Below are positions 19,201-30,638 of a stretch of DNA of 64,000 bases, in pieces. Source of the stretch: Steroidobacteraceae bacterium (GTDB taxonomy: Bacteria; Pseudomonadota; Gammaproteobacteria; Steroidobacterales; Steroidobacteraceae); NCBI GenBank assembly GCA_035624385.1, contig DASPRP010000002.1, positions 7,702 to 71,701 of the forward strand, read 5' to 3'. The first letter of the stretch is position 1. Each line of letters starts with the position of its first letter. The notes under the pieces were generated by a model. It saw only the letters and a program-made list of their open reading frames with translations, was not told the origin of the DNA and did not search any database. A program made the position numbers and the translations under genes.

Positions 19201-22200
19201 ATGAGCGCCGTCAGCGGGTCGCAGGCGCACAGCCTCGCGGGGCTGCGGGCGCTGCTGCGCGAGGCGACGCTGCGCCCGGAGGCCGGCGCCTCCAGCGAGA
19301 TGCTCACCGGGCTGATCGACCTGCAGACGGCCCTGGCGCAGGCGCGCGAGCGTGCCGCGCGCTGGGTCGAGGCGGCGCGTGCCGACCCGCGCGCTCGCCC
19401 GCTCATCGAGCGCACGCTCGAGCAGTTTCCCCTCGACAGCGCGCAGGGCAGGGCGCTCATGAGCCTGGCGGAGGCGCTGCTGCGCACACCCGATTCGAAG
19501 CGCGCCGACCAGCTGATCGCCGAGCGGCTCGTCGCCATCCGCAACGCCGGCGTGCGCGGCGACACCGATCTGCTGCTGCGCACCGGGTTTACCCTGCTCG
19601 GCGCCGCCGGCAGGCTCCTCCCCGAGGTCTCGGCCGAGCTCTCCGGGGAAGTCTCGGCGGCGAGCCTCACCAAGCCCGTGGTCGCCCCGATCGTGCGCGC
19701 GGCGCTGCGCCAATCGATGCAGATGCTCGGGCATGCCTTCATCGTCGGTGAGACCATCGACGCGGCGCTGAAGCGCGCCCGCGCGGAGCCGGACCTGGCG
19801 CTGTGCTCCTTCGACATGCTCGGCGAGGGTGCGCGCACCGAGGCCGACGCCGAGCGCTACTTCGAGGATTACGCGCACGCGATCGACGCGCTGGGCGGTC
19901 AGTCGCCCGGTACGGTGCATGCGCGCTCCGCGATCTCCGTGAAGCTCTCGGCGCTCGAGCCGCGCTACACGCAGTTGCAGAGCGGCCGGGTGCACGAGCG
20001 GCTTGGCCCCCGCATGCTCGATCTGGCGCGCCGCGCCGCGCGGGCCGGCATCGGCATGACGATCGACGCCGAGGAGGCCGACCGGCTCGACCTGTCGCTC
20101 GACATCAGCGAGACACTGGCGCGCGATGGCGCGACCCGCAGCTGGGAGGGACTCGGACTCGCGGTGCAGACCTACGGGCGCCGCGCGCCGCTGGTGCTCG
20201 ACTGGGTCGCGCAGCTCGCCCGCGACTCGGGCCGGCGCATGACGGTACGCCTCGTGAAGGGGGCTTACTGGGACAGCGAGATCAAGCGCGCCCAGGAGCG
20301 GGGACTCGCGAGCTTCCCGGTCTATACCTCCAAGGCCGCCACCGACGTGAGCTACCTCGAGGGCGCGCGGCGCCTGTTCGCCGCGAGCGACGTGATCTAT
20401 CCGCAGTTCGCCACCCACAACGCCTACACCGCGGCGGCGGTGCTGGCGCTTGCGCCGGCGGGCGTCGCTTACGAGTTTCAGCGCCTGCACGGCATGGGCG
20501 AAGCCCTCTACGCGGCGGCGCGCGCCGAGCTGCCGGACCTGCCGCCGGTGCGGGTATACGCGCCGGTCGGTACGCACGAGGAGCTGCTGCCCTACCTCGT
20601 CAGGCGGCTGCTCGAGAACGGCGCCAACAGCTCCTTCGTCCACCAGTTCATGGATCCGCAGATTCCCGTGGAGCAGGTCGTGCGTGACCCCATCTCGTCC
20701 CTGAATGACGCAGGATCGTCCGGCGCCGCGCGCGTGCGCGAGCCGGCGGCGCTCTTCGGCGCGGAGCGCACCAATTCCGCCGGCGAGGACTTCGGCGATC
20801 CCGCGACGCTCGCCCTGCTCGAGAGCGAGCTGCGCGCGCATGCCGCCGAGAGCCACCGCGGCGGACCCCTGCTGAGCGGCCGTACGGTGCGCGACGCCGA
20901 GGTTCGCGTCGTCTCGCCGGCCGACACGCGCGAGACCGTCGGCTTCACGCGCGATGCGACCGCCGAGGAGATTCGCGAGGCGATGGCGGCGGCGGCCCGC
21001 GCCCAGGGCGCGTGGGATGCCACCGCGGCAGCTGAGCGCGCCGCGTGCCTGACCCGTGCGGCTGAGCTCCTCGAGGAGCGGCGCGGGCGGTTCCTGAGCC
21101 TGCTGGTGCGCGAGGCGGGCAAGACCCTGCCGGATGCGGTGGCGGAGCTGCGCGAGGCGGTGGACTTCTGCCGCTACTACGCCGCGCGCGCCCGCGAGCT
21201 CTTCGGCGCGCCCGTGGAGATGCCCGGGCCCACCGGTGAGCGCAACACGCTCTCGCTTCACGGCCGCGGCGTGTTCGTGTGCATCAGCCCGTGGAATTTC
21301 CCGCTGGCGATCTTCACCGGCCAGATCACTGCGGCGCTCGCGGCCGGCAACGCCGTGGTGGCGAAACCCGCGCCGGCGACGCCGCTGATCGCGCATGCCA
21401 TGACGCGCTTGCTGCACGAGGCGGGCATTCCCGCCGCGGTGCTGCAGCTCACGCCCGCGGACGGGCCGGCCTTCGGCGCCGTGGCCCTGACGCATCCGGC
21501 GCTTGCCGGCGTGGCCTTTACCGGCTCGACTGCGACCGCGGCCACGATCAACCGCACGCTCGCCAGCCGCGACGGCCCCATCGTGCCGCTCATTGCCGAG
21601 ACCGGCGGCGTGAACGCCATGGTGGTCGACGCGACGGCGCTCCCCGAGCAGGTCGTCGACGACGCGATCACCTCCGCGTTCACGAGCGCGGGTCAGCGCT
21701 GCTCGGCGCTGCGGGTGCTGTACCTGCAGGAGGAGATCGCCGAGCGCGTCATCGAGATGCTGACCGGCGCGATGCGGGAGCTGCACATCGGCCCACCGGC
21801 CGAGCTCGCCACGGACGTGGGCCCGGTGATCTCCGAGGCGGCGAAGACGCGGCTCGCGCTCCATGCCGAGCGCATGCGCCGCGAAGCCAAGCTCGTATAC
21901 GCGTGCGAGCTCGAGCCCTCCCTGGCGGCGGTCGGGCACTATTTCCCGCCGCAGATGTTCGAGCTGCGCTCGCTCGATCAGCTGCAGACCGAGGAGTTCG
22001 GGCCGATCCTGCACGTGGCGCGCTACCGCAGCGACCAGCTGCCGCAGGTGCTGGCAGCGATCCGCGGCACGGGCTACGGACTGACGCTCGGGGTCCACAG
22101 CCGCCTCGAGAGCGTCGCAGAGCACGTGTTCCAGTCCCTGCCGGTGGGCAACACCTACGTGAACCGCAACATGATCGGCGCGGTGGTCGGCGTGCAGCCC

Positions 22201-22332
22201 TTCGGCGGCCAGGGCCTGTCGGGTACCGGTCCGAAGGCCGGCGGACCCCACTACCTGCTGCGCTTCGCGACCGAGAGAACGCTCACGATCAACACCGCGG
22301 CGATCGGCGGCAACGTCGAGCTGCTTTCCTAG
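19201..22332 (+). CDS. putA: Bifunctional proline dehydrogenase / L-glutamate gamma-semialdehyde dehydrogenase PutA (short form, no RHH domain)
   Basis: 1043 aa. The PRODH region reads SFDMLGEGART...VRLVKGAYWDSE. The ALDH region reads FVCISPWNFPLAIF, ETGGVNAMVVD, GQRCSALRVL and QPFGGQGLSGTGPKAGGPHYL. It starts 1 nt after the aminotransferase stop. Confidence 0.92.
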   Translation: MSAVSGSQAHSLAGLRALLREATLRPEAGASSEMLTGLIDLQTALAQARERAARWVEAARADPRARPLIERTLEQFPLDSAQGRALMSLAEALLRTPDSKRADQLIAERLVAIRNAGVRGDTDLLLRTGFTLLGAAGRLLPEVSAELSGEVSAASLTKPVVAPIVRAALRQSMQMLGHAFIVGETIDAALKRARAEPDLALCSFDMLGEGARTEADAERYFEDYAHAIDALGGQSPGTVHARSAISVKLSALEPRYTQLQSGRVHERLGPRMLDLARRAARAGIGMTIDAEEADRLDLSLDISETLARDGATRSWEGLGLAVQTYGRRAPLVLDWVAQLARDSGRRMTVRLVKGAYWDSEIKRAQERGLASFPVYTSKAATDVSYLEGARRLFAASDVIYPQFATHNAYTAAAVLALAPAGVAYEFQRLHGMGEALYAAARAELPDLPPVRVYAPVGTHEELLPYLVRRLLENGANSSFVHQFMDPQIPVEQVVRDPISSLNDAGSSGAARVREPAALFGAERTNSAGEDFGDPATLALLESELRAHAAESHRGGPLLSGRTVRDAEVRVVSPADTRETVGFTRDATAEEIREAMAAAARAQGAWDATAAAERAACLTRAAELLEERRGRFLSLLVREAGKTLPDAVAELREAVDFCRYYAARARELFGAPVEMPGPTGERNTLSLHGRGVFVCISPWNFPLAIFTGQITAALAAGNAVVAKPAPATPLIAHAMTRLLHEAGIPAAVLQLTPADGPAFGAVALTHPALAGVAFTGSTATAATINRTLASRDGPIVPLIAETGGVNAMVVDATALPEQVVDDAITSAFTSAGQRCSALRVLYLQEEIAERVIEMLTGAMRELHIGPPAELATDVGPVISEAAKTRLALHAERMRREAKLVYACELEPSLAAVGHYFPPQMFELRSLDQLQTEEFGPILHVARYRSDQLPQVLAAIRGTGYGLTLGVHSRLESVAEHVFQSLPVGNTYVNRNMIGAVVGVQPFGGQGLSGTGPKAGGPHYLLRFATERTLTINTAAIGGNVELLS

Positions 22333-22343
22333 GGGAGACCACC

Positions 22344-22769
22344 ATGAGTGAATATAAGAGTAAGTGCTTCTGTGGCGCCGTCGAGTTCACCGTCAGCGGC
22401 GAGCCGGCGGCGATGGGCTACTGCCATTGCGAATCGTGCCGGCACTGGTCCGGGGGACCGGTGAACGCGTTCACCTTGTGGCAGCCGAGCGCCGTCAAGG
22501 TGACCCGGGGTGCCGACAACATCGGCACCTATAACAAGACGCCGGCGAGCTACCGCAAGTGGTGCAAGACCTGTGGCGGGCACCTGTTCGCCGAGCACCC
22601 GCCGCTCAAACTGACGGACGTGTTCGCGGCGCTGCTGCCGGGGCTCAAGTTCACGCCCGGCGTTCACGTCAATTACCAGGAGACGGTGCTGCGGATGCGG
22701 GACGGGCTGCCGAAGCTCAAGGACTTCCCCAAGGAATTCGGCGGCTCGGGCGAGACGCTGCCGGAGTAA
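22344..22769 (+). CDS. GFA (glutathione-dependent formaldehyde-activating / CENP-V) family protein
   Basis: This is the last 141 codons of track ORF 21279..22769. ATG at 22344 with an AGGGGAGA RBS. Has the Cys-rich zinc motifs CFCGAVEF, CHCESCRHWSG and WCKTCGGHLF. Confidence 0.85.
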   Translation: MSEYKSKCFCGAVEFTVSGEPAAMGYCHCESCRHWSGGPVNAFTLWQPSAVKVTRGADNIGTYNKTPASYRKWCKTCGGHLFAEHPPLKLTDVFAALLPGLKFTPGVHVNYQETVLRMRDGLPKLKDFPKEFGGSGETLPE

Positions 22770-22773
22770 CCGT

Positions 22774-23181
22774 ATGCGATTCTTGCGGCCGACAGTGATC
22801 CTTGCGGCCTGCGCGGTGATGGCCACCGTGTGGGCGGACAGCACGCCGGGCGATCTGCCTCAGCGGCAGGAGCTCAGGCGCGCGGATCTCCCGACATTCC
22901 CGGACACGGCGGTGGAGGTCATCACATCGATCAGCGAGATCAGGAGGGGCGAGATCCTGCCGCGTCACACGCATCACGGCATCGAGACCGGCTACGTGCT
23001 GCAGGGAACGATGGTGCAGCTTCCCGGCCAGCCACCGACCCTGATGCAGACCGGAAGCTCCTTCATGAATCTGCGGGACGTACCGCACGCCGGGTTCACC
23101 GTGGTAGGGGATCAGCCGCTCAAGCTCCTGAGCGTGCACGTCGTCGACAAGGGCAAGCCTCTCTATGAGTGGGTGAAGTAG
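22774..23181 (+). CDS. Secreted cupin-domain protein
   Basis: 135 aa with a signal peptide (MRFLRPTVILAACAVMATVWA). Cupin motif: GEILPRHTHHGIETGYVLQGT...VPHAGF. Confidence 0.7.
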   Translation: MRFLRPTVILAACAVMATVWADSTPGDLPQRQELRRADLPTFPDTAVEVITSISEIRRGEILPRHTHHGIETGYVLQGTMVQLPGQPPTLMQTGSSFMNLRDVPHAGFTVVGDQPLKLLSVHVVDKGKPLYEWVK

Positions 23182-23271
23182 TACCCACAGGGCGGGCGTC
23201 GGGTGCGAGTGGTTCCTTTGAGCCCGAGTTAGCTTGGATCGCAAGGCGGCGGGCGGGCGGCGGCCCGGCCG

Positions 23272-25353
23272 CTAGCGCGCGCCGCCCGGGTGCAGCTGCT
23301 CGAGCAGCGCAGCGAGCGAATCCACCGGCGCCGAGCAGGTGCTGCCGCGGCAGATGTAGGCGACCGACTCACCGCGAGGTGTCTTGTCGGCGAGCGCCGC
23401 CGGCAGGGTGGTGGCGTCGGCGGGAATCGCCAGCACCAGGCGCCGCGGGGTGAAGCTGCGCGCCAGCTCCCGCCGCCAGGCTTCGATCGCCTGCGCCTCG
23501 CCACGCAGGATCACGATCTCCGGCGGCTGCAGCATCTCCTCGAGCGCGGTGACCAGCGTGACGTGCGCCAGGGGAGACTTCTCGAGCGCCGGCCACGCCG
23601 CCCGCAGCGTGCGCTCGGCCGCAGCGAGATAGCGCGGCTCACCGAGCAGATGTCCGAGGCGCTGCAGGGTGAAGGCGGCGATGCCGTTGCCGGACGGGAT
23701 GGCATCGTCGCTGAAGGTCTTGGAGCGGTGGATCAGCTGCTCGTGGTCGTCGGAGGTGAAGTAGAAGCCGCCCTTCTCCCCGTCGGCGAAGCGCGCCAGC
23801 ACCACCTCGGTCAGCTGCCGCGCGAACTCCAGCTCCTCGGCGCGGAAGCGCACCTGCTGCAGCTCGAGCACCGCATCCACCAGGTAGACGTAGTCGTCGA
23901 GGTAGGCGTTGAGATGCGCCCGGCCGTCCTTGCAGGTGGCGAGCAGGCGCCCGTCGCGCCACAGGGTACTGCGGACGAAATCGAGAGCCCGGCTCGCGGC
24001 GGCGGCCAGCCGCTCGGCCGTGAGCACGCGCGCGGCGATCGCCAGGGCGCGAATCATGAGCGCATTCCAGGAGGTGAGGATCTTGTCGTCGCACCCGGGG
24101 CGCACGCGCTGCGCGCGCAAAGCGAGCAGCTTGGCGCGGGCGCTCCCGAGCAGCGCACTCACCTCGGCGGGGGGGCGCTGCAGTACCGCGGCGATCTGCT
24201 CCACGGTCGCGTTGACGTACAGATGCCAGTGTCCCTCGAAGTTGGCTTCCCGCTCGAGGCCGTAGCGCGGCGCGAACACCGCGAGCTCCTCAGGGCTGAG
24301 CGCGCGCCGCACCTCCTCGCGGTCCCAGACATAGAACCTGCCCTCATGACCTTCGGAGTCGGCGTCCAGGCTCGAGTAGAAGCCGCCCTCCGGCGATTGC
24401 ATCTCGCGCAGCGCCCAGCCGGCGGTCTCGAGCGCCACTTGTGTGTAGAAGCCGTCGGCGGTTCCGAGCGAGGAGTTGGCGTACACGGCGAGCAGCGCCG
24501 CGTTGTCGTACAGCATCTTCTCGAAGTGCGGAATCATCCAGCGCTCGTCGACCGAGTAGCGGCAGAAGCCCCCGCCGAGCTGATCATTGATGCCGCCCTC
24601 GGCCATGCGCCGCAGGCTGAAGCTCGCCATGTAGAGCGACGCGAGGCCCGCTTCATCGCCCGGCGCGCTGCTGCGCCAGTCGCGCAGCAGCCGCTCGAGC
24701 GCCTTCGGCTGCGGAAACTTCGGTGCGCCGCCGAAGCCGCCATTGCGCTTATCGAAGCTGCCGGCGAGCTGCGCGCGGCAGGCCCTGAGGGGCGCGTCCG
24801 TGAGCTCGGTCCCGGGCGGCGCCGGCGGATAGTTGATGTCGGCGAGCGCCGCCACCAGCGCGGCATTCTGCGCGCGCATCTCGGGCTCGTGCGTGCGGTA
24901 GAACTCGACCACCCGCTTGAGCAGATCCGGGAAGGCGGGGAGGCCGTAGCGCGCCTCGCGCGGGAAATAGGTGCCGCCGAAGAACGGGCGCTGGTCGTCG
25001 TGCGTCAGAAACATGGTGAGCGGCCAGCCGCCGCCACGCTGGGTGATCATCTGCTGCGCAATCTGGTAGATGCGGTCGATGTCGGGGCGCTCCTCGCGGT
25101 CGACCTTGATGTTGACGAAGTTGTCGTTGAGGAGGCGCGCCGTCGCTTCGTCCTCGAAGCTCTCGTGGGCCATCACGTGACACCAGTGGCAGGCGGCGTA
25201 GCCGATGCTCAGGTGAATCGGCTTGCCCTCGCGGCGCGCCCGCTCGAGCGCCTCGCTTCCCCACGGGTACCACTCCACCGCGTTGTGGGCGTGCTGCCGC
25301 AGATAAGGACTCGTCTCGGTGATGAGATGGTTGGTGTACTTCGCACTGTGCAT
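23272..25353 (-). CDS. Thioredoxin-domain protein, YyaL/DUF255 type (N-terminal Trx-like domain plus (alpha/alpha)6 barrel)
   Basis: Track ORF 23272..25674, trimmed to [61 protein letters not shown] (cat at 25351-25353). The whole length follows the YyaL/SSP411 family pattern. Confidence 0.88.
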   Translation of the reverse strand: MHSAKYTNHLITETSPYLRQHAHNAVEWYPWGSEALERARREGKPIHLSIGYAACHWCHVMAHESFEDEATARLLNDNFVNIKVDREERPDIDRIYQIAQQMITQRGGGWPLTMFLTHDDQRPFFGGTYFPREARYGLPAFPDLLKRVVEFYRTHEPEMRAQNAALVAALADINYPPAPPGTELTDAPLRACRAQLAGSFDKRNGGFGGAPKFPQPKALERLLRDWRSSAPGDEAGLASLYMASFSLRRMAEGGINDQLGGGFCRYSVDERWMIPHFEKMLYDNAALLAVYANSSLGTADGFYTQVALETAGWALREMQSPEGGFYSSLDADSEGHEGRFYVWDREEVRRALSPEELAVFAPRYGLEREANFEGHWHLYVNATVEQIAAVLQRPPAEVSALLGSARAKLLALRAQRVRPGCDDKILTSWNALMIRALAIAARVLTAERLAAAASRALDFVRSTLWRDGRLLATCKDGRAHLNAYLDDYVYLVDAVLELQQVRFRAEELEFARQLTEVVLARFADGEKGGFYFTSDDHEQLIHRSKTFSDDAIPSGNGIAAFTLQRLGHLLGEPRYLAAAERTLRAAWPALEKSPLAHVTLVTALEEMLQPPEIVILRGEAQAIEAWRRELARSFTPRRLVLAIPADATTLPAALADKTPRGESVAYICRGSTCSAPVDSLAALLEQLHPGGAR

Positions 25354-25378
25354 CGGTCGTGCTCCGGTCGCGCGGCGC

Positions 25379-28300
25379 CTACGGGGCGATGGCCGCGGCG
25401 GCGTTCGCCTCGAGCTGCGCGTTGAGGCGCGCCAGGGTGCCACCCTTGAACGTCGCCCACCTCGCCAGCGCCTCATCGAGCAGCGTCCGGTGGCGCAGGT
25501 AGCCGCGCTCCGCATCGACGCTGGGCGCTGAGTCGGCGCCGTCGACGGCGCGCTCGAGATCGTGGAAGGCGGCGGCGAGGTAGCGCAGGCCGGTGGCGCG
25601 GGCCGGCGGGGGGCCGATCGAGTCCGGCGAGCGCTTTGGGGGTGCGAGGTCGCTGATCGCGAGCAGCTCCTCATCGGCGGCCGCGAGTGCCGCGGTCAGG
25701 TCGGCGCCGGCGTCCTGGCGGCGCTCGGCGACGGCGCCGTGAATACGTCCCGCCGCGGCGAGCGCCGCGGCGATCTCGGCGCGTGCACGCTCGATGTCGC
25801 GTGCCAGCGCGAACTGGCGCGCGTAGGCGGCGGCGGGCAGCGTGAGGCGCGGGTCGGCGGTGACGAGGAGGGTCTGCCGGTAGATGCGGCCGCCCGCCTT
25901 GAGCGCCACAAGGTACTCACCGGGCGGCGCCCACACGCCTTCCTCGGGCTCTTCCGGATCCTCGGCGACGAGCCCCGGCCATGGCGCGTAGTGCAGGTCC
26001 CACACGAAGCGATGCGCCCCGGTGCCCGAGGCGAGCACGGCCGGCGCGGTGATCCACTCGGGTGCGATCACCACCTTGGCGGGATCGGGTTGGGGCGGTC
26101 GATCGTCGCTCCTGAAGGTGCGCACGGCCGCGCCGCGTGTGTCGGAGATGGTGAGCTCGGCGACTGCGCCGGCGGCGGCCCCGTCGAGCACGTAGTCGAT
26201 GTAGGCGCCGGGGGCCGGGTTGGCTGCCATCGGCTCGTCCTTGGGCATGGGCGAGCCGATGAAACCGGTGGGCCGGACGCGCACCGCGCGAGCAGGCGCC
26301 AGCAGGCGCGTGCCGCCGCCCGCATCGTCGGCGAGCGCGCGCAGCGGCGCGATATCGTCCATGAGCCACAGGCCGCGGCCATGGGTCGCGACGACGAGAT
26401 CGCCGCCATGCACCTCGAGGTCGCGCACCGAGGTGCGCGGCAGGTTCTGCTGCAACGGCTGCCAGTGCGCGCCGTCGTCGAGCGAGAAGTACACGCCGCG
26501 CTCGGTGCCGCAATAGAGGAGTCCGCGGTGCGCCGGGTCCTCGCGCACCACGTTGACGGAGTTGTGTACGCCGCCGTCGGCAAGCCCCGCGGCGATCAGC
26601 GTCCAGCTCGCGCCACCGTCATGCGTGCGGTAGATGTACGGCCGGGGATCGTCGAGGCGATGGCGGTCGACGGCGATGTAGGCGCTGGCGGCGTCGAAGT
26701 GCGAGGGCTCGATGGCTCCGATCTTCGACCAGTCGGTGAGCGCGGCGGGGGTGACGTTGTGCCAATGGCCGCCGCCGTCGGGGCTGCGCCACACGAGCCC
26801 GTCGTCCGTGCCCGCCCAGATGAGGGCGGGATCGAGCGGCGAGGGTCCGATCGCGTATACCACGCCGCGGCGCGGTCCGTTGCTGTCGTGGTCGGCGACG
26901 GTGGCGGCGTCGAGGCTGGCGGGCGTCGCGGGATTCTCGCGGCTGAGATCCGGGCTGATCGCCTGCCAGTGGCGACCGCGGTCGACGGTGCGGAAGATGC
27001 GTTGGTTGCCGAAGTACAGCGCGTGCGGGTCGGCCCGCGAGAACACCAGCGGCAGGGTCCAGGTGCCGCGGTACAGCCCCGGGTACGCCAGCGTCGGGGC
27101 GACGCTCTGCTTCTGTCCCGTGCGCAGGTCCAGCTTGTCGACGCGCCCGCCGAAGATGATCTGCGGGTTCAGCGGGTCGGGCGCGATGGTGTCGCTCTCG
27201 CCGCCGGCCGCAGTCTCGCGGAGCTCGCTCAAGTTTATGCCGTCGATGTTGTCGGTACGGCTCGGGACGCCGGCGGCGCCCGAATCCTGCTGCGCCCCGT
27301 ACACCCAGTAGGGAAAGCGGTCATCGGTGACGACGTGATAGAACTGCCCGGTCGGCTGGTTGAACCACGAGCTCCAGGTGGCGCCGCCGTTGAGCGTCAC
27401 CACCGCGCCCTGGTCGACACCGAGCATGCGGCGCTGCGGGTCGCGCGGATCGATCCACAGCTCGTGGTAGTCATCGCCTCCCGGCGCGCCCTTGACGGGG
27501 AGGAAACTCCGGCCCCCGTCGGTGGAGCGGTGCAACGCGGTATTGCAGACGTAGACGACATCGCTATTGCCCGGGTCGACCGTGACGCCGCCGAAGTACC
27601 AGCCGCGCTTCCAGATCCGCGGGTCATCGCTCACCCGGCTCCAGCTTGCGCCCGCGTCGTCGGAGCGGTACAGGCCCCCCTCGGCCGCGTCGACGAGCGC
27701 ATAGACGCGCTGCGGCTGAGAGGGCGAGACGCCGATGCCGATGCGGCCCGGCGCTGCCGGCAGACCGTGACCCGCGAGCTCCACCCACGTCTCGCCGCCG
27801 TCGCGCGACTGGAACAGGCCGCCGCCGGGTCCGCTCGAGGGCGGGTAGACGCTCCACGGCGGCCGGCGCGTCTGCCACAACGCCGCGTAGACCACGCCGG
27901 TGTTGCCGGGCTCGAACGCGAGATCGATCGCGCCGGTGTCGGCGTTCCGGTAGAGCGTGCGGCGCCAGCTCGCGCCGCCGTCGGTCGAGCGGTACACGCC
28001 ACGCGTCTCGTTTGGCCCGTAGGGGTGTCCGAGCGCGGCGACCAGCACGACGTCGGGATCGTGAGCATCGACCGCGATGCGGCCGATCTGCTGCGAATCC
28101 GCCAGCCCGATCGCCTGCCAGCTGCGCCCTGCATCGCGCGAGCGGTAGAGCCCCGTCCCCTGCGCGATGTCCGAGCGCATGTCGGCTTCGCCGGTGCCGA
28201 CGTAGATGACGTGGCTGTCGGAGGGTGCCACGGTGAGCGCGCCTATGGAGCCGACCGGCGCGGCATCGAAGATCGGCGTCCAGGTGCGGCCCGCGTCGCG

Positions 28301-28525
28301 CGTCTCCCACACGCCGCCGTTGACGGCGCCAAAATAGAAGTGGCTCGGCTCGCCGGGCACGCCCGCGACCGCGAGCACGCGCCCGCCGCGGAACGGCCCG
28401 ATGGAGCGCCACTGCAGCCCGGTGAGCAGCGGTCGCAGCGGCTGCTCGGCTGCGGCCGCGAGCGGCAGCGCCCCGAGGCACGACAGAAACGAGAGGAGCG
28501 CCACGGCGCTGCGCGGTGAGGACAC
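25379..28525 (-). CDS. Secreted BNR/Asp-box repeat double beta-propeller protein (sortilin/VPS10- or GH74-like)
   Basis: Track ORF 25379..28921, trimmed to the GTG at 28525 (GAGG RBS 6 nt upstream; signal peptide [26 protein letters not shown]). I counted 11 Asp-box-like motifs (SxDxGxTW variants), for example [48 protein letters not shown] and THDGGASW. Confidence 0.82.
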   Translation of the reverse strand: MSSPRSAVALLSFLSCLGALPLAAAAEQPLRPLLTGLQWRSIGPFRGGRVLAVAGVPGEPSHFYFGAVNGGVWETRDAGRTWTPIFDAAPVGSIGALTVAPSDSHVIYVGTGEADMRSDIAQGTGLYRSRDAGRSWQAIGLADSQQIGRIAVDAHDPDVVLVAALGHPYGPNETRGVYRSTDGGASWRRTLYRNADTGAIDLAFEPGNTGVVYAALWQTRRPPWSVYPPSSGPGGGLFQSRDGGETWVELAGHGLPAAPGRIGIGVSPSQPQRVYALVDAAEGGLYRSDDAGASWSRVSDDPRIWKRGWYFGGVTVDPGNSDVVYVCNTALHRSTDGGRSFLPVKGAPGGDDYHELWIDPRDPQRRMLGVDQGAVVTLNGGATWSSWFNQPTGQFYHVVTDDRFPYWVYGAQQDSGAAGVPSRTDNIDGINLSELRETAAGGESDTIAPDPLNPQIIFGGRVDKLDLRTGQKQSVAPTLAYPGLYRGTWTLPLVFSRADPHALYFGNQRIFRTVDRGRHWQAISPDLSRENPATPASLDAATVADHDSNGPRRGVVYAIGPSPLDPALIWAGTDDGLVWRSPDGGGHWHNVTPAALTDWSKIGAIEPSHFDAASAYIAVDRHRLDDPRPYIYRTHDGGASWTLIAAGLADGGVHNSVNVVREDPAHRGLLYCGTERGVYFSLDDGAHWQPLQQNLPRTSVRDLEVHGGDLVVATHGRGLWLMDDIAPLRALADDAGGGTRLLAPARAVRVRPTGFIGSPMPKDEPMAANPAPGAYIDYVLDGAAAGAVAELTISDTRGAAVRTFRSDDRPPQPDPAKVVIAPEWITAPAVLASGTGAHRFVWDLHYAPWPGLVAEDPEEPEEGVWAPPGEYLVALKAGGRIYRQTLLVTADPRLTLPAAAYARQFALARDIERARAEIAAALAAAGRIHGAVAERRQDAGADLTAALAAADEELLAISDLAPPKRSPDSIGPPPARATGLRYLAAAFHDLERAVDGADSAPSVDAERGYLRHRTLLDEALARWATFKGGTLARLNAQLEANAAAAIAP

Positions 28526-28600
28526 GTTGCACCTCGGAGCAAGAGGCGGCAATTGTATACTTGCGGCCCCCAGCGCTGCGGATCCCTGGCTTTGCAACCG

Positions 28601-29824
28601 ATGCTTCCCGAGCCCACTGACCCGGGCATTGCCGCGCGCACGCTGGTGCTCAAGCGCGGCGAGGAGCGGCGCCTCGCCGCCGGCCACCTGTGGGTGTTCA
28701 GCAATGAGATCGACACCGGGCGCAGCCCGCTGGGTGCCTTTGCGCCCGGCGCACTCGCGGAGCTCCGTACCCACCGCGGCGCCTTCGTCGGCTACGTCTA
28801 TGTCAACCCGCACGCGCTGATCTGCGCGCGCCTGCTCTCGCGCGATGCGGCGCATCCGGTCGACGGCGCGCTCCTCAGGCGGCGCCTCGCCACCGCGCTC
28901 GCGCTGCGCGAGCGGCTCCATGCCGCGCCTTACTACCGCTGGGTGTTCGGCGAGTCCGATGCGCTACCGGGGCTGGTGCTCGACCGCTACGGCGACGTCG
29001 TCGTCGGCCAGATCGCCACCGCCGGCATGGAGGCGCTGAAGGACGAGGTGACGGCGGCGGTGCGCGAGGTGGTGAGCCCGGCGGGACTCTACTGGAAGAA
29101 CGATACCGCGGCGCGCGATCTCGAGCAGCTGCCGCAGGAGGCGCAACTGGCCTTCGGCGCGGTGCCGGACGAGCTCACCGTGATGGAGTCGGGGCTCAGC
29201 TTCGCGGCGCCGCTCGTGCACGGGCAGAAGACCGGCTGGTTCTACGACCAGAGCGCCAACCGCGCGCGGCTCGCGCGCTACACTGCGCCGCGCGCGCGGG
29301 TGCTGGACGTGTGCGCGTACGTCGGCGCGTGGGCGCTCACGGCGCTGCGCGCCGGTGCGGCGAGCGCCTGCTGCGTGGATTCCTCGCAGGCGGCGCTCGA
29401 TTACGCCCAGGCGAACGCGGCCCGCAACGGCCTTGCCGTCGAGGTGTTGCGTGCCGATGCCTTCGACGCGCTGAAGAGCCTGGGCGATTCCGGCGCGCGC
29501 TTCGAGGTGGTGATTCTCGACCCGCCGGCCTTCATCAAGCGCAAGAAGGACATTCCGCAGGGGCAGGCTGCCTACCGCAAGCTCAATCAGCTCGCCCTCG
29601 GCCTGCTCGCCGACGAGGGGCTGCTGGTGTCGTGCTCCTGCTCCTACCATCTCGCCGCCGACGATCTGGTGAGCGCCATCCAGAGCGCCGCGCGCCACAC
29701 CGGGCGCTTCGTGCAGATCCTCGAGGCGGGCGGGCAGTCGCCCGACCACCCGGTGCATCCGGCGATTCCCGAGACGCGATACCTCAAAGCGTTCTTCTGC
29801 CGCGTGACGCGCGAGGTCGGCTAA
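28601..29824 (+). CDS. rlmI: Class I SAM-dependent rRNA (cytosine-C5) methyltransferase, RlmI-like
   Basis: Track ORF 28553..29824, with ATG at 28601. Has an N-terminal PUA-like region (LVLKRGEERRLAAGHLWVFSNEID) and the SAM-binding segments VLDVCAYVGAW and VILDPPAF. Confidence 0.78.
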   Translation: MLPEPTDPGIAARTLVLKRGEERRLAAGHLWVFSNEIDTGRSPLGAFAPGALAELRTHRGAFVGYVYVNPHALICARLLSRDAAHPVDGALLRRRLATALALRERLHAAPYYRWVFGESDALPGLVLDRYGDVVVGQIATAGMEALKDEVTAAVREVVSPAGLYWKNDTAARDLEQLPQEAQLAFGAVPDELTVMESGLSFAAPLVHGQKTGWFYDQSANRARLARYTAPRARVLDVCAYVGAWALTALRAGAASACCVDSSQAALDYAQANAARNGLAVEVLRADAFDALKSLGDSGARFEVVILDPPAFIKRKKDIPQGQAAYRKLNQLALGLLADEGLLVSCSCSYHLAADDLVSAIQSAARHTGRFVQILEAGGQSPDHPVHPAIPETRYLKAFFCRVTREVG

Positions 29825-29837
29825 ACTTACGCGCCTC

Positions 29838-30638
29838 ATGCTGAAGTTCCCCGGCTTCGATCCGATCGCATTCCGTCTCGGCCCGGTCAGGGTGCACTGG
29901 TACGGGATCATGTACCTGCTCGGCTTCGCCAGCGCCTGGTGGCTCGCGCGGCGGCGGGCCGCGACGCCGCGCTCCACGTGGAAGCCGGGCGATGTCGACG
30001 ACCTGATCTTTTTCGGCATGCTGGGCGTGATCCTCGGCGGGCGCATCGGCTACGTGCTGTTCTACGGACTGAAATTCTGGGCGGGCGATGTCTGGTACCC
30101 GCTCAAGATCTGGGAAGGCGGCATGTCCTTCCACGGTGGCCTGCTCGGCGTGGCCGCCGCGATGATGCTGTTCGCCTGGCGCCGCGGCCGCAGCGTCGGC
30201 GACGTGTACGACTTCACCGCGCCGCTGCCGCCGCTCGGGCTGTTCTTCGGGCGCATCGGCAACTTCATCAACGGCGAGCTGTGGGGCAAGACGACCACCG
30301 TGCCGTGGGGCTTCGAGGTGAATGGCCAGGTGCGCCACCCCTCGCAGCTGTACGAGGCGGCACTCGAGGGACTGCTGCTGTTCGCCGTGCTCTGGTGGTT
30401 CACGGCCCGGCCGCGGCCGCGCTGGGCGCCCTCGGGCCTGTTTCTCGCCATCTACGGCCTGGTGCGCTCGCTCATCGAGTTCGTGCGCGTGCCGGATGAG
30501 CACATCGGCTATCTCGCCGGCGGCTGGCTCACCGAGGGGCAGCTGCTGTCGGTGCCGATGATCGTGGCGGGGCTCGCCATGCTGGCCTGGGCCTATCGCC
30601 GCCGCACGCCGTCGGGCAATTACGCCGTCGCCACATGA
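29838..30638 (+). CDS. lgt: Prolipoprotein diacylglyceryl transferase
   Basis: 266 aa. [21 protein letters not shown]...[10 protein letters not shown]...[10 protein letters not shown]...[13 protein letters not shown]...HPSQLYEA is the Lgt signature. Confidence 0.93.
   Translation: MLKFPGFDPIAFRLGPVRVHWYGIMYLLGFASAWWLARRRAATPRSTWKPGDVDDLIFFGMLGVILGGRIGYVLFYGLKFWAGDVWYPLKIWEGGMSFHGGLLGVAAAMMLFAWRRGRSVGDVYDFTAPLPPLGLFFGRIGNFINGELWGKTTTVPWGFEVNGQVRHPSQLYEAALEGLLLFAVLWWFTARPRPRWAPSGLFLAIYGLVRSLIEFVRVPDEHIGYLAGGWLTEGQLLSVPMIVAGLAMLAWAYRRRTPSGNYAVAT

Noticed and set aside
19048-22251. 1067-aa - strand ORF
   Set aside because: It is the mirror frame of putA, whose PRODH and ALDH motifs are clear on the + strand. 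The product is Arg/Gly/Ala-rich with no recognisable domains.
23182-23271. 90-nt convergent intergenic region scanned for a terminator or small RNA
   Set aside because: I could find only weak, imperfect GC-rich pairings, with no convincing stem-loop or T-tract. Nothing is reportable without a folding calculation.
25562-28519. 985-aa + strand ORF
   Set aside because: It is antisense to the Asp-box propeller gene, which has 11 periodic SxDxGxxW motifs and a signal peptide. The + strand product is featureless and Arg/Gly/Ala-rich.
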